DNA of 64,000 nt from Selaginella moellendorffii (Eukaryota; Plantae; Lycopodiophyta). The notes under the pieces were generated by a model, which was not told the DNA's origin, made no database searches, and was given only the letters and a program-made list of their open reading frames with translations. Position numbers and translations under genes: made by a program. Positions 63,076-64,000 of this stretch are shown piece after piece; the first letter of the stretch is position 1; each line of letters opens with the position of its first letter. The DNA is taken from contig NW_003314290.1 of assembly GCF_000143415.4 (NCBI RefSeq), positions 186,001-250,000 on the forward strand, read 5' to 3'.

Positions 63076-64000
63076 ATGGGTACCGAGGAGAGCTTTGTGA
63101 AGCTCGAGGCGCTCCCTCATGGCGTCTACGTTCTCAAATTTGATGGTGGAGATGGGCAGCACAGGTGATCCATCCAGTTTCTTACATGAGAATGAGAATC
63201 AAAGTGAATTTCAGGTTGAATCCGACCACTATAGCAGAGATTCATTCGGCGCTTGACAAGGTAATCACGAAAGCAATCTCTCTCTCAGTCGCGCAAATTC
63301 ATTCGCACTTCCAGGTTGAGGATGATCCCAAGGCAGCTGCTTTGATCACTACGAATGAGGTAAACAGCGAAAACATCTAGGAGGAAGGAGAAAGATTTTG
63401 ATTGTTTTCTTTCTTTGGACAGGGAAAGTTTTTCTCGAATGGTCTTGACTTGGGATTCGCACAAAGTAGCCCGGGGAATTTTAAGGCTTGTGGGATCAAT
63501 CTTAGTCCTTGAAGTTTCTCTCAACTTGAGTTGTTTTTTCCAGTACCTGGTCGATCTCTTTCTCAATCTCCTCGATCGTTTTCTTTGTTTTCCAATGCCG
63601 ACAATCGCAGCAATCTGGTCAGTTTTTCGTGACAAGCCTGAGAATTCTTTTTTCTCTTTTCTGTTCTTACGTTTTCGAGATCGTTTGTCAGTGGCCATGC
63701 TGCAGCCGGAGGATGCATGCTCGCACTCGCACACGACTACCGGGTGATGCGAATTGACCGTGGCTATATTTTCATGAACGAGGCAAGTTTTCTCTTCCTT
63801 CTACACAACTTTTCTCACGGTTTCACAGGTGGAGATCAATCTCCATATGAGTCCAGGAATGATCTCTCTGATTCGTTGCAAGCTACCAGTCGCCACTTTC
63901 CACAAATCTCTCCTCTCTGCGTAAGTTCCTTCTTTCATTTTCAAGTGAAAGAGAGCTAGAGAGAGCGACGTTGTTTTGTTTTCTTCGCCCAGGCACAAAT
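63076..64000 (+). CDS. ECI: Enoyl-CoA delta isomerase (crotonase family, plant peroxisomal ECI-like), multi-exon, runs off the window
   Basis: Spliced peptide MGTEESF...QHRLNPTT...ALITTNEGKFFSNGLDL...FPMPTIAAICGHAAAGGCMLALAHDYRVMR...FMNEVEI; short introns. Confidence 0.9.

Overview
Plant heterochromatin-like window made almost entirely of nested transposable elements, ending in a host enoyl-CoA delta isomerase gene (from 63076). Its roughly 46-65 nt introns suggest a compact-intron land plant such as Selaginella (inference). Contents: (1) many copies of a non-coding LARD-like LTR family ('A'), several nested inside one another. (2) A chromodomain Ty3/gypsy element ('B', 15946-46993) whose integrase is interrupted by two short, frame-breaking GT-AG introns. 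(3) A 15.5-kb TIR DNA transposon (21226-36708, ATAG TSD) inside one of those introns. It encodes a Sola/DUF7869-like transposase and a divergent ~1,630-codon multi-exon cargo gene (ParB-like, MTase-like and FCP1/HAD-like regions), and carries about 30 copies of a private 22-bp palindrome. (4) 5S-rRNA-bearing Cassandra TRIMs. (5) A truncated LINE with a 16-bp TSD. (6) A second gypsy element ('E') whose 5' half appears inverted. Families A and B share a covarying four-way-junction RNA module, PPT, PBS and an LTR motif, suggesting a helper/parasite pair. Domain names are from motif recognition, not database searches.
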